NCBI RefSeq assembly: GCF_032062105.1
Contig: NW_026933012.1
Coordinates: forward strand, 434,001 to 498,000
DNA from: Saccostrea cucullata
Taxonomy: Eukaryota
DNA length: 64,000 nucleotides
Direction of reading: 5' to 3'
Below are positions 39,760-51,532 of the stretch, in pieces; positions within the stretch are counted from its first letter, which is position 1, and the number at the start of each line of letters is the position of its first letter. The notes under the pieces are model-generated. The model did no database searches. It worked only from the letters and a program-made list of their open reading frames with translations, and was not told the origin of the DNA. A program made the position numbers and the translations under genes.

Positions 39760-40060
39760 AATCAATTAACAATAGTTCGTAGTTACTTCCATTCTTGCGA
39801 CTGGATATATCATAGTGAACTTGAAATACAACACCACAGTCTGACACATCTGTTTCATATATGATGCATATTACACTAGAAAAAGACATTAATAGCAAGA
39901 TAGCAACAAAACTTTATAATAAACGTGTTGACTTCAACTTTTCTATCGTCAAAGACCCTTACTTAATAGTATGTAGCAATATACCAATCATCTGCTTATG
40001 GGGTTTATGTATACCAAATTTATCCGATACGCATGATTAAGCTCCACGTATACGGTCATT
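39760..40060 (+). mobile_element. Decayed Penelope-like reverse transcriptase fragment
   Basis: Conceptual translation across frameshifts: IYHSELEI..., TKLYNKRVDFNFSIV..PYL..CSNIP..SAYGVY...IRYA, matching the PLE RT thumb region with its YDKRDDF-type motif. Confidence 0.7.
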
Positions 40061-40627
40061 TTTAGCTCTACTGGTCAAAGACCAGAAGAGCTTATGCAAT
40101 AGTAATATGTCTGTCGTCCGTCCGTCTAGCTGTCTGTCTATCTGTAAACTAATTGCTACTCCTCCTACAGTTTTTGTCTGATTTTAATCTAATTTTGCAC
40201 AAAAGTAGACGACACAAGGATACACAATTCTGTATGTCGGTTTTTGAAGTCGATGAACGATGTTGCCGTGGTCACTAGAAATATAAATTTCTGTGAAATA
40301 CTTTAAAAAAGCTACTTCAAATACAGTGTTTAGTCTGATTATAATATGATGTGGCATGCAAGTAGACTACACTGAGATATATAATTGTCTTTCTTGTTTT
40401 CTTTTTCATTTTGATGAATGATGTTACCATGGTAACTGTAAGATTTTTATTAAAAGCTACTCCTGAGGTTGTAGTTTTAATGAAATCTTGCCAAAAAAGA
40501 GACTTTATCAAGGATCATTTTATCTATTTATTGCCATTGTAAAGTTCCAAGTGCCAATGACTACTTTTCTCTTCCTTTATTATTAGTACAAACTGAGCTA
40601 CAGTCTCGAAAGAGATGTCTGGCTTTA
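40058..40627 (+). mobile_element. Helentron/pearl(CvA)-like non-autonomous element
   Basis: TTTTTAGCTC..GAGCTT subterminal inverted repeat, then a (GTCC/GTCT)n microsatellite and degenerate core repeats (GCTACTCCT.. at about 40156 and 40456). Confidence 0.65.
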
Positions 40628-40679
40628 GATGAGGCAAACTATTGACCAGAAAGTTGACGATGAAACATGCATGGAGATA

Positions 40680-41170
40680 ATGAACAGTATTCAAGATCAA
40701 AAGTGGGTCAAACAATACAAAATAGAAGCAGAGCAAACACGGATCTCCAAAACATTAGAAGTGGGATCAGGTGTCATGGAGGAGTCAGCACCCCCCGCCG
40801 ACCGACCACACCCGCCGTGTGCTCCTGGTTATGATAGGGAAAGAACGGAAAAACCCGTCAAGTCAGTGTATAAATAGTGGACTAACAATTAGTATGAAAA
40901 ACGTCAGTCAGCATTTGACTCAATGATAAATTGTATTTGCTGACAATATAATTGTATCAACCATAGAACTTACGATCGAAATGATCACTTTAAACGAGAC
41001 TGCTGATATTCTTGTTTCATCAGTTTGTTTGTCAATAATTTACCTCGTTTAAGAAATTGTTCATACGTAGAGCATGCTCTTGTGTATCGAATCAACTGAG
41101 ATGTATATACTTTGTATGCAGGTGATGAAGGTATAATGCTGCATAAGGGAAGTTGACGATAGAAAAGTTA
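40680..41170 (-). mobile_element. Penelope-like retroelement fragment: RT C-terminus plus 3' region
   Basis: The minus strand translates as NFSIVNFP..CSIIPSSPAYKVYTSQLIRYTRACSTYEQFLKRGKLLTNKLMKQEYQQSRLK..KFYG, followed by the repeated 3' sequence. Confidence 0.8.
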
Positions 41171-41189
41171 AAGTTATGATACAAGGATA

Positions 41190-41640
41190 TCAATCGTCTC
41201 GTTTAAAGTCAACATTTCGCAAGTTTTATGGTCGATACAGTGACATTATCAAAAATACATTCTACCATAGGGTATAATGCTAACTGACGTCTGTAACACT
41301 TATTGTTAGGCCATTATTCACACACTGAAATTTCTCCGCTTACCCTCTCATGACAAGGAGCACACAGCGTGTGGGACCGTTTGACAGCGAATGCTTACTC
41401 TTCCATAGCACATAACTTTCCACTTCTGATGTTTTTGGTTGCCCGTGCACATGTTTGCTTTTCATCTGGCCTCGGGGCCATAAAACAAAGACGAGCTCAA
41501 TTTTTATCTCAGTCTCACTCTTCATCTATATATTCCTTTGGTAAAAGTGAGACTGAGATCAAAAGTGAGCTCCTCCAAGTTTTATGGCTCCCAGGCCTGG
41601 TTTGTTTTGGTTGAATGGATTTTGAGCTTGAATACTGCAA
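41190..41640 (+). mobile_element. Inverted second Penelope-like fragment, interrupted by a MITE
   Basis: TCTCGTTTAAAGTCAACATTTCGCAAGTTTTATGGTCGATAC (SRLKSTFRKFYGRY), then the 3' motif; the sequence resumes after 41600. Confidence 0.65.
41466..41600. mobile_element. ~135-bp palindromic MITE (GGGGCCATAAAAC TIR), copy 1
   Basis: GGGGCCATAAAAC..GAGCTCA..ATCTCAGTCTCACT mirrored by AGTGAGACTGAGATC..TGAGCTC..GTTTTATGGCTCC; a second copy lies at 42013. Confidence 0.8.
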
Positions 41641-41889
41641 TGTCTTCTAAAATACATCCATATCTCATTTTTTGCGATTGAAATGCACGGTTTTAAGTCC
41701 AATTGCTAGGAATTGTTAACGCCTCAAAATCGTCAGAAATATATGCACAACAAATTATACGCTTAGATTCTTACCACACTGACAGCTGTCGGTAAATCGT
41801 AGACAAACTGTGAGAAATCAAAACCTCTGCGCGTTTCAGTAAAATTTTCAATATAAATCATCGTCTTTTGCACTCTGTGGTGTGTAGGG

Positions 41890-42590
41890 CAGCAACAGTC
41901 TTCCTCCACTCTTATCTTACATGTACCTGCAGTTCGTAGGTTTGCAGCCTGCTGGTCTTCTCTTGGATATGCTGGTGTGTGTGCCGCATCAGTACGAGGT
42001 CTTCCGCAAAGTCCAGGCTTGGGGGCCATAAAACTTAGACGAGTTAACTCTCACTTTTCACTATTAAATCCTTTGGGGAAAATGAGTCTGAGATCAAAAG
42101 TGAGCTCATCTAATTAAGTTTTATGGCCCCCAGGTTATATCCTCCAAAGTTGAGAACAGGTTCCCTTGCTTAGAATCTGTCGTCTTCCACATGACCCAAT
42201 CGATGACCAAGTTGAATAATACTGCAGTCATTACGCATGCATCCTTGCTGACTGCGGTCTTAACATCCTGTTATTGTGTGTTCTTCTATGCATCCGAAGT
42301 TTTTGTAAAAGTTCCTAATCAAATGGACAAGTTGGATGGAATACCATAATGACGTTGAATGCCCCAAAGGCTACCTCATTATATGCTGTTAAATGCCTTT
42401 TCAAAATGCACGAAGTTTACATGCAGTTGTCCCTACCACTTGGTGTACTGCTGTTTACTGATGTATGTACAAGTGAATTCCTCTTTATTCACCCATAAAC
42501 TGACGATTGCGGAACTAATTTTGAACACATATGGGGCCTTCTTGGGATTTTTATCAGAAAGTTATGGACACCATTCTTACTTCATTCCTC
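41890..42590 (-). mobile_element. Decayed RTE-clade LINE reverse transcriptase fragment
   Basis: Minus-strand translation across lesions: QLHVNFVHFEKAFNSI..SLWGIQRHYGIP, LFNLVIDWVMWKTT..LFSTLED, LDFAEDLVL..HIQEKTSRL (RTE-type RT motifs; FADD has decayed to FAED). Confidence 0.75.
42013..42134. mobile_element. Palindromic MITE, copy 2, inserted in the RTE fragment
   Basis: GGGGGCCATAAAACTTA ... TAAGTTTTATGGCCCCCAGG; homologous to 41466-41600. Confidence 0.8.
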
Positions 42591-44223
42591 AAAAAGACAT
42601 ATTTCTCTATGGCGTGCCGTCGCTTTAACTAGTTGTTGTTTGCCCGTATGTTTTTTGTTTTACCCTGGAATTTGATAAAAAAAAAATCGTAAGCTTACAA
42701 AACACCCATTTTGCTTAATAAAATGCTATCTGTCGATGATTTATTTTAATTTCTAAAACTATTTTTGTCAATTGAAAACATTGAAAACGTATACTAAACA
42801 TACAAAATTGAACTGCTCTCCAGTGCGCCGTGACGTCATAAACCGACGCAATTTAACATACACAGTGACACAACATCCAACATTTTAGCTAAAACTATCC
42901 TTTTGTACAGTTTCTCTGACACTAAACAGAGTTATGTTATAGTCTTGTTTTGTTCAGATTCGAGCGCGCATTATTTGTCAATAAAAAAAAACGTCCTCGA
43001 TGTCACCGGACATTCCCTGTATTTGGTCGTGTTTTTCCAATGACAGACAGACCTTTTTTCCCTGGTCTATCCTGTAAACAAAGTACATCTCTATTAAAAA
43101 AAACGTAAAAGGTCTAGTAGAACAGTGTACTTAAGTGTAGAATTCAGACAGGAATTATCCCTATCTCTCTCCTAAATAGAAAATTAAGGACGAGGAGCTA
43201 TTTGACTGGCGAAGCAGAGCTAATTTCTGTAGTTTTTGTATAGCCAAAAAAAAATTGATTATGCAATGCTTCATAAAAATTTCTTAATGCTTTCATGGCG
43301 GATTTTTCGTAAAAGATCGTTAACAAATATAGAAATGATACATTATTACATGACCGCTATAATCATGTCAACTGATCAGAGTCCATTAACTGAAAAAATA
43401 TCCATGCAGCAGTGCCTATTCTTATTGAAGTGTTGCGTGGTACATCGACTGACAATTTGTAAATTGACGAAGCCTACTATTTTTTATTGACATTCTCCGG
43501 AGAACAAATAATAATTAAGACAGTTATAATATGAAATATCTCCCTGGTGTTTTTTGAAACATCACTATATAAATTAAAACAGTCCGTAAAAAATTGAGTT
43601 TAATTTTCATAATGGCTGTAATGGTAGTGAATTCTTATTTCTTAATGTTGACTGTGATAGCAAATAGTAAGTGAATTATTCAATTTTTAAGTTTTGAATA
43701 CTAAATAACGTATCTACGGAAAATTGTATTTAATTGTTTATGCAAAATCAAAAATCAATGTAAAAAATGAAATGTTTAAAATTAGTTACTTAGACATCGT
43801 TCGCACATCATTCAAATGTCCGCTTCAATAAGCAACAAATCAGTACGAGAACTAGAAGATTAAATACATTCCGGCTGAAATTCTCCATTTAATAAGTATG
43901 AATAGTTGTTATTGTTGGTTTTTTTTTAATGAATAAAAGGTATTAAAACATTAAATCAGCAATGATTTTATGGATTCTGTCTGAAGCAGTTGTTAGTACA
44001 GTTTTGACTCATTTTTAAAAAACATTTCTACGAACCCGTTATTTTATAATGAGTTTATTGACTTGTGATATCCCGATGAGTTGTACAACTCAATGGCAAT
44101 GAAAAACTTTAATTAAAAATAGAAATTTTAAACTGTACTTATAACTTGGTAGATATAATAATAATAGATATATATGTATAATATTTAGACGAAGTTGCCT
44201 TATTGTATTCCAGATTTGAAAAT

Positions 44224-44370
44224 ATGACACTTTTTCTCGTGTGATATGATTTGTAGTTTGTTTGCAACAACTCGAGAGAAGTCAAGGAAAGCTAACAACA
44301 CCAGGGTGCAGTCTTAATGAGACAATATTCACGATCTCCAATGTGACTTCATCCTACAATAATTCTTTAG
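44224..44370 (+). pseudogene. Probable first (signal-peptide) exon of GPCR copy B, disrupted
   Basis: Aligns with exon 1 of copy C (RVI*FVVCLQQLE vs RILGFLYGLDNIQ) and has a phase-1 donor at 44370/44371. The ATG at 44224 is out of frame and there is a TGA at 44247. Confidence 0.5.
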
Positions 44371-44406
44371 GTTGTTTTCTTAATTTTTGTTTTCAGATTT
44401 ATTTAA

Positions 44407-45158
44407 CGAGGCCGAGTGTAATTCGAGTGCGCATGACTTTGCGCAGCTTTTTAATTTCATGCAGTAATATGTGCGGCTGTACACCTTTGCCAAATATTTT
44501 GATTTAAATTCAAAATTAAAATTATCTTTAACCCCTACTGGTTTGAAAACGTGATTTTACTACAATAATTAGGAAAAACGCTGAAATGCTTTTAACGACG
44601 TCACCATTTTCGGATTTTGCAAGCAATGCATGGTGCTGAAAAATGACGGATGACTTGCTTGCGTGTTCAAGACTTCCTTGGATTATCCAAAGAAACATAT
44701 TAGAATTCTAAACATTGCTATTTTTAACCGAAAAAAATCATATGCAAAGATAATTCATCTGCACTGAAATGTATTTATACCGTGATATGGCAATTTTAGA
44801 GGTATTGGGCTTTGAAAAAATAAACATAATTAATTCCTAGACCAACCTAGATGGTGAACAATTTTGAAATTTCACTATTTGGTAACTTTCTACAATAACT
44901 TTCATCTACTTGAATGAAAAAGAAATCTCTAGGGCAGAAATACAAAAAATATGGGAAAAATTGGATGATTTGGCGCTTTTCCAATGAGTCCACATAGGGT
45001 CAAATAGTAAATTTTGACAAATTTTGAGATGGCCCCCGAAGAAATCGCGATGGTGAACATTCGATTTTGTAATCTTTAAACAATAAATATAACAGTAAAT
45101 ATTAATTATCAAAAAATCATCAAAATCCCTAGGGCAGAAATAATTAGACTCGGCCTCG
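44407..45158. mobile_element. 752-bp non-autonomous TIR transposon flanked by TTAA, in the putative intron of GPCR copy B
   Basis: TTAA|CGAGGCCGAGTGTAATT ... AATTAGACTCGGCCTCG|TTAA. Confidence 0.85.
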
Positions 45159-45271
45159 TTAATACAATCTTCCTATTTTGTGGTTTTATACATTGTTAAA
45201 ATTGTCTGTTTAAAAATTCTGCAAATAAAATATATGATTTTAATAATCATTTTTTGAACTAAATTTCACAG

Positions 45272-47724
45272 AAAACTCGGTGTGTCCATTTCTTCGGTGT
45301 GATGAAGAGAAGCAAGGATGGGTTTGCTCTCGCCGAAAAGATGAAGTTAAATATTGTGCTTGTGATAGTCAGTGCCATCTGTTCCAAGATTGCTGTGAAG
45401 ATAATTTTAACAGTGACATATATTTTCATTCTTACAATTATGATTCAATGATGGACTTCAATGAAACTGACTATGAGTACATGATGAAGGTTTTTAAGTA
45501 TAGTAGTTGCATATCAATTAAGTTTCAGCGTCCCAGTACATCTGAAATTAAGATAATTAGCATTAAGGTAATTAATCAATGTGCCTCTCATTACACTGGC
45601 TTACTTCGAACAAAATGTTCATCTAATTATCAGATTCTGAACATTTTAACATCGGTAACGGTAGGCATACACGACTTGGTATTTAGAAATCCATATTGTG
45701 CTCTCTGCCATGGATATAACGTAAAGGATCTCCAACTTTGGGACACATCTGTACTCTGTCCTGAAACCTACAAAGGTATCCCTAAAACCGACATTCAGAA
45801 GCTATCTAAATATTGTGAACTGGTTCATACTTTTAAGGAAAATCAGAACTTTCGATACTGTGTACATCCTTTTATCTCGGAGAAATTTCTCAGTGTAGAC
45901 CAAAGAGAAGAAACGATAGATGACATTTTATGCTTTGGATACATATCCCCTCTCACCAATGAAAACAAGAATATAAGTTTCAGAAATAAAAACTGCGCAA
46001 TCGCTTCAAGATACAACCTTTCTCTCTTACAGCCTTTTAGAGAAATGCGAAATATACAACTGATATCTTCAATAATGGACATGAACATTCTGTTTCGTTT
46101 TACAGGTAATGGGTTTGACAATAGAAACCCTTCTAAATGTGCCTCAAATTTGACATATGACCCAATCACCGGACTTTGCGCAAGTCTAATCTGTCCACAC
46201 GGATCTATCAAAAGAGCTAAATCATGCATCTACGATAATCCTAACTACGAATTCATTTATCAGCCATACTTAACAGATACGTCTGAAAACAATTCTTTAA
46301 TGTATTTTTATCTTAGGAACAAAAACTTTGATGATTCACAACGGACTTTTGTCATTAGTGCTGATGAAGGATATGTGTTTGATAACGTCATCAAATGCCT
46401 AAATTTAATATTTCTGGAGATGAATTTTTCATCAGAGGTATTTCAATTGCAAAATTTTCCACCGAATGAGTCCCTGATTTGTGAGGAAGGGGATCTAGAA
46501 ACTCTCAGAGCCGACGAATTGCTTGAAACAAAAGATGACTTTTTTCGCATTCTGTACAACCAGAAGACCATTCAAATTCCTTCTGGGAAAATTCGATTTT
46601 CTATCACAGCCAAAATTTTAAAAACTGACGCTATGGTAGTGATTGGAGGATTTTCCAATGTAACGTTCTTCTTTTGCACTAACAGATCTATTTTGAAATG
46701 CCCTACCTTTCTAACTTCATATAAAGCAAAGGAATATACACTAACCAACAATTCAGTTCACTTCAATTTAAGTTCAGTTGTGTTAATGAGCGGTCAATAT
46801 AAAATAATTAATTCTATTTTGTATATCTGTCACAAAAAGAACCCTTATTCTGATGATAATGTGCTGAATTTAATTTTGACTACAGTGTTCTTTTCTATTT
46901 CGCTATTCTGTTTATTACTAGCCATGTTTCTACAAATCAATATAAGGGGGATACAGACTTGCCCAGCCAAATGCTTTCTCTCATTTTCATTGTCGTGGTT
47001 CATCGCTCAGTTTTCGTTCACCCTTCCTCCATTTCTACCGTCACGAGTTTGTCTGACATTTGCCATGTTGTTGCATTATCTATGGCTATGTATATTTTCG
47101 TGGTCAAGCATTCTGTCCTTTGATTTGGTAAAGTCATTAAATGCATGCTCTAAAACTTTGAAAAGGGAATTCAAGAACAACAGTTTGTTTGTTAAGTACT
47201 GTATCGTTGGCTGGGGGCTACCGCTGCTTATTGTTGGTTTAAGTAATGTTCTCGAAATCAGTTTAAGTACTTTTACCTTGCAATATGGGGCTAGAAACAT
47301 TTGCTGGATAGGAAATAGTGATGCGCTGCTTTTAGCTTATATTTTACCAGCAAGTACTTTCCTATTTTTTAACATGATATGCCTAGCAGTGTCACTCCAT
47401 GGTTTGGAAATTGCTAAGCGTAATTCTAGAAATCTACAAAAAACGAGGAAGGACAGGCAGAGGTGGTTGATGTATCTTCAGATGTTTTTCCTCTGTGGTG
47501 GATGTTGGATTTTTGCTTACGTGGCAAATAATGTGTCTCTTTTATGGATGCATACATTAAATCTGATATTAAATGGCAGTCAGGGTGTTTTCATCCTCAT
47601 AATGACAACACGAGACTCTAAGGTGAAAAGGTGGATAAGAATTAAAATGAAATGCTTAGAACCAGATAATTCTAATACTTCCCAAAGTAACAGCGGTGGT
47701 GGAACTATTAGCACGAAATTATGA
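45272..47724 (+). CDS. Family-B (adhesion/Methuselah-like) 7TM GPCR with a somatomedin-B-like Cys-rich ectodomain, copy B (main exon)
   Basis: Acceptor TTTCACAG at 45271 (phase 1) and an open frame of 814+ codons. SMB-like CACDSQCHLFQDCCED, FRNPYCALCHG, FRNKNCA, seven TM segments, HYLWLCIFSW, IVGWGLP, CWIGN, LNGSQGVFI. No GPS motif before TM1. Confidence 0.85.
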
Positions 47725-48432
47725 GACAGAAAGATTTCATAGTGAGAAAAAAAAATATTTCCCCGAAGAAAATCCATCTTTATATGCTTATTTCTTTACA
47801 TATACAAGTTAGTACATGTTTTTTTTAAATCTTTATTCATAAAATTGAATTTTACTTTTTATCCTTTTTCACCTTTTCTGTTATTGTAACATTAAATTAA
47901 TCACTTGACCTGATTAATGAGATGATATTGTATGCTGAAATTATTTTTGGTAAAAGAAATATTTGCTAAAATAATTCATTGCTATTGTAGGGATAAAAAA
48001 ACCTTTGTCTTCTGTCCAATCCTTTTCACTTTCTGTAATTAAAAATTTATATATATCAAAAATTGTTATTCATTGTTTAGAGTTCAATCAAAGTTATCTA
48101 TTCATATTAAGTATATTAAGTTTATTTGTAACCAATAGACAATATCTATGTTCATAAAGTCTTAGGTCTTCCTACAATCTTTTGAAATTTTCGTGAGCAC
48201 TTACTGTGCCCCTGGATATGCCGATCTTTTTATATTCCTATGAAGCAGAATTTCATTCATAAGCTTCTATTCAGATTCCTGGCCCCAGAATCATAAAACA
48301 TCCTTATACTTAATTAAAATTTTTAATCTCCAGTAAAATATTTATTATTTATCGAATTTATCTCTAATTTTGCAAATAACAACACAATATTGTAAAACAG
48401 TTTAATTTTGACCTATTTGACTTCTACAATAT

Positions 48433-48700
48433 TATCATCTATTTTATGCATATAAAATCAGATGACTTTATTTTACGGGAAAAGGTATTAATTTTTTGGT
48501 CGGGATCCGCCTGCGGCCTTGGGTATATATAAAATTTGTATATTCGGAAAGCTCAAGGGATCAACATTCTTTTTTATTAACCATTTTAAAAATGTTAAAA
48601 AAATATTTTCATCAACTTGCTGGATACAGAGTAGGTTGAATTTTTCTTTGTCAAGTTTTTTTCATAATATTTGTAAGAAATTTTTTACATCTGCCTTAAA
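48433..48700 (+). repeat. Ngaro split direct repeat A1 (partner A2 at ~53590-53816)
   Basis: TATCATCTATTTTATGCATATAAAATCAGATGACTTT..GGGAAAAGGTATTAATTTTTTGGTCGGGATC.GCCTGCGGCCTTGGGTATATATAA..TTTTCATCAACTTGCTGGATACAGAGTAGGTTGAAT is present at both sites. Confidence 0.9.
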
Positions 48701-48935
48701 TAAATTTAAATTTTGGTTAATGGATAATAAAGTTTGTATGTTCTTAATACTTTTTTAATCCAACGTATATATTTTCTCTGGATTGTGCTGGATTTACAGC
48801 CCGATTAAATGTGACACGACAGCCATTTTGAATATATTGTTGCAAATTTTTGCCCGTAGCAAATTTATCAAAAAATTTGTATCTGGTGAATTACAATTAG
48901 TAATTTTTGTTTGTTATTTACTCTAACGAGCGGAA

Positions 48936-49949
48936 ATGCCTCCCAAAAATAAGACTAAGCGGAATTGCAGACTGAGAGACAACGAGGGCAAAGCATCAAG
49001 GTCAAAGAGGTCAAGACAAGAGCGACCAGCGGTAGCGATAGAGGTTGACGATAATCATACAGTTCAGGAACCAGGTCCTTCAGGAAGCATCGCCGCCCAA
49101 GAGAATGTAGTTGGTGCCAGAAAGTCAAACTCTACCCCACTGGCCCCAGCACCTGTGCCTGCTTTGGCAATTGAATCTCAATCAGGTACAAGCATTGGTT
49201 ATGAGAATCAATATGTAGATAGCATTCATTCACTATTGGCTAGCAATGTCTCTAACTCATTGAAGTCTAAAATCATTAGTTCAGCATACATAGAGATTAG
49301 TTTGTTGCTTGATAACACTTCCCTGACAGAATCTTCAGAGAAAAAAATATTTTTTAATGAAAAAGGGGAGTTGGTCACAAGAGAGGTTGTTAAACCTAGC
49401 AATAAGATTCAAAATATCAGTAGATGGACAGATGCATTCTTAGTTTACTCTAGCATTTATGCTTCGGCCCACCCAGAATCTTATCAGGGTTTGCTGAAAT
49501 ATTTACATGACATAAGACTCGGGGCATCAAGATGTGGGGAGGGGGATTTGGGATGGAAGAAATATGACGAGCAGTTTCGACTTCGCCGCAGTATCGATCC
49601 CACCATAGATTGGTCTAAAGTAGACTATGAGTTATGGTTGATGTTTATGTCATCATCCCCACAATCTAAACTAACAATTAAACCAAACAGCCCAGCCTAC
49701 AACAAGTGCTATAATTTCAACTTCAAGGGTCATTGTGACAGACCTTCTTGCCAGTACATGCACAAGTGCATTAAATGTTCTGGGAGTCATCCACAATATT
49801 TGTGCCCTCAATCTAATTATGTTGGGAAGTCCACAAGTTACCCAAGGGTACAACTGCAGGGACAGCCTCAAGTTAGACCCCTTTTGTCACACCCAACCCA
49901 AACCCCAAGACCACAAAGGTATATGGGCCCTAGGAAATTCCCCTATTAA
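48936..49949 (+). CDS. Ngaro ORF1, gag-like protein (337 aa)
   Basis: W..AF..Y, GWKKYDEQFR, DWSKVDYELW and a C-terminal Cys/His knuckle CYNFN..GHC....CQYMHKCIKC..SHP..LC. Confidence 0.85.
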   Translation: MPPKNKTKRNCRLRDNEGKASRSKRSRQERPAVAIEVDDNHTVQEPGPSGSIAAQENVVGARKSNSTPLAPAPVPALAIESQSGTSIGYENQYVDSIHSLLASNVSNSLKSKIISSAYIEISLLLDNTSLTESSEKKIFFNEKGELVTREVVKPSNKIQNISRWTDAFLVYSSIYASAHPESYQGLLKYLHDIRLGASRCGEGDLGWKKYDEQFRLRRSIDPTIDWSKVDYELWLMFMSSSPQSKLTIKPNSPAYNKCYNFNFKGHCDRPSCQYMHKCIKCSGSHPQYLCPQSNYVGKSTSYPRVQLQGQPQVRPLLSHPTQTPRPQRYMGPRKFPY

Positions 49950-51532
49950 TGTTGAAAAGTTAAATGAATATTTGCAGCCATATCCAGACAAATATGCTGC
50001 TAATTATATAAAAAATGGGTTTTCAAAGGGTTTTGAAATAAATTATACAGGCCCAAGGTGTCATGTGTTTTCAAAAAATCTTAAGTCTGCAAGTGAACAC
50101 CATGATGAGTTGATGGAAAAGATAAGTAAGGAAATAAAGCTTGGCCGAATCATGGGTCCTTTTGATCAACTTCCAATTTCTAACCTCCATATTTCACCAG
50201 TTGGCATTGTCCCTAAATCTGATGGAGGGTGGCGAATGATTACCCATTTATCCTATCCTAGTTCCCAGGGGATCAACGACTTTATAGACCCAGATTTATG
50301 TACAGTGCAGTATGCATCTTTTGATGGTGTAGTCAATATGATTGCAAATTTGGGAAGGGGCGCATTGATAGGTAAGATGGATATTAAAAGTGCTTTTCGT
50401 TTAGTTCCGAAATCCAGGGGATTTTGACTTGTTAGGTTTCTCTGTAGATGGATTATATTACATAGATAAATGCCTTCCCATGGGTTGTTCCATTAGTTGC
50501 AGAATTTGGGAAACATTTGCAACTTTTCTACACTGGCTTGCTCAGTTCAAGTCTGGATTGAATACATTAGATCATTATTTAGACGATTTCCTTTTTGCAG
50601 GTAGGTCTGGTAGTGATGAATGTGAAATTCTAATGTCTACTTTTAGTAACTTAGCTGGGGATTTAGGGGTACCTCTAGCCCATGAGAAAACTTCTGGTCC
50701 AACGACAAAATTAATATTTCTAGGTTTTGAAATTGATACACTAGAGATGACAATTAAGATCCCAGAAGCTAAGTTAGAAATCCTGAAGAGTCTGATTGAA
50801 AATTTTTTAGATAGGGAAAAAGTTACACTGCAAGAAATGCAGTCTTTAGTTGGAATGCTCAATTTTTTCTCAAAGGCAATCAGATCTAGTAGAGCTTTTA
50901 TTCGAAGAATGTATGATGCATTTAGTGGAGTTTTCAAGCCACATCATCATATAAGATTATCAGTAGGAATTAAAAGTGACCTTAGAATGTGGCTGGTGTT
51001 CTTGAACCATTTCAATGGGGTTGCATATTTTCCTAATACTGTATGGGAAGATTCTAGCATTTTACAGTTATTTACAGATAGTGCAGGTTCAGGTCATTTA
51101 GGTTGTGGGGGTTACTTTAGTGGAAGTTGGTTTTTTCTCCAATGGCCAAAACATTGGAACAACCAAGAAATTTTGAGAGACATGACTTTTCTTGAGCTCA
51201 TACCAGTAGTTTTAGCAATAGAGATATGGGGACCTAGGTTGTTACATAAAAAAGTTCAGTTTCATGTTGATAACCTTTCATTAGTTAGTGTCATCAATAC
51301 CCAATCTTCCAAGTCCAAAAGAGTGATGGAATTGGTAAGACATTTGGTTCTTAGACTGATGATCAACAATGTTATATTTAGGGCAAATCACATTAGTAGC
51401 TTGGATAACAAAATTGCAGATTCTATTTCTCGCAAACAGTGGTTCCGCTTCAAGACGTTAGCACCAGAGGCAAGCACCAGACCAGACCCTCTTCCAGTAG
51501 AATTAGTCAACATGATTTACAGATTCAAATGA
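49735..51532 (+). pseudogene. Ngaro ORF2, reverse transcriptase/RNase H with one frameshift near 50412
   Basis: SPVGIVPK..GWRMITHLS and KMDIKSAFRLVP in one frame; DFDLLGF, DKCLPMGCSISC, HYLDDFLF, FLGFEID and RNase H motifs FTDSAG, LELIPV, HVDN, IADSISR in the next frame. Confidence 0.9.

Noticed and set aside
40629-40877. Similar short ORFs at 2389..2574 and 40629..40877 (IQDQK..KQYK..AEQT..VGSG.MEE) that look like a small gene family
   Set aside because: Both are antisense readings of the same Penelope-like 3' repeat.
42588-43558. Possible TIR element (TCAAAAAGAC..ATATTTC / GAAATATCTCCCTGGTGTTTTTTGA)
   Set aside because: The inverted match is short, gapped and AT-rich with no TSD; the interior looks repeat-derived but I cannot support the ends.
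45843-47777. Minus-strand ORFs inside GPCR copy B, and similar ones inside copies A and C and the Ngaro RT
   Set aside because: Antisense or alternate-frame shadows with no recognisable motifs.
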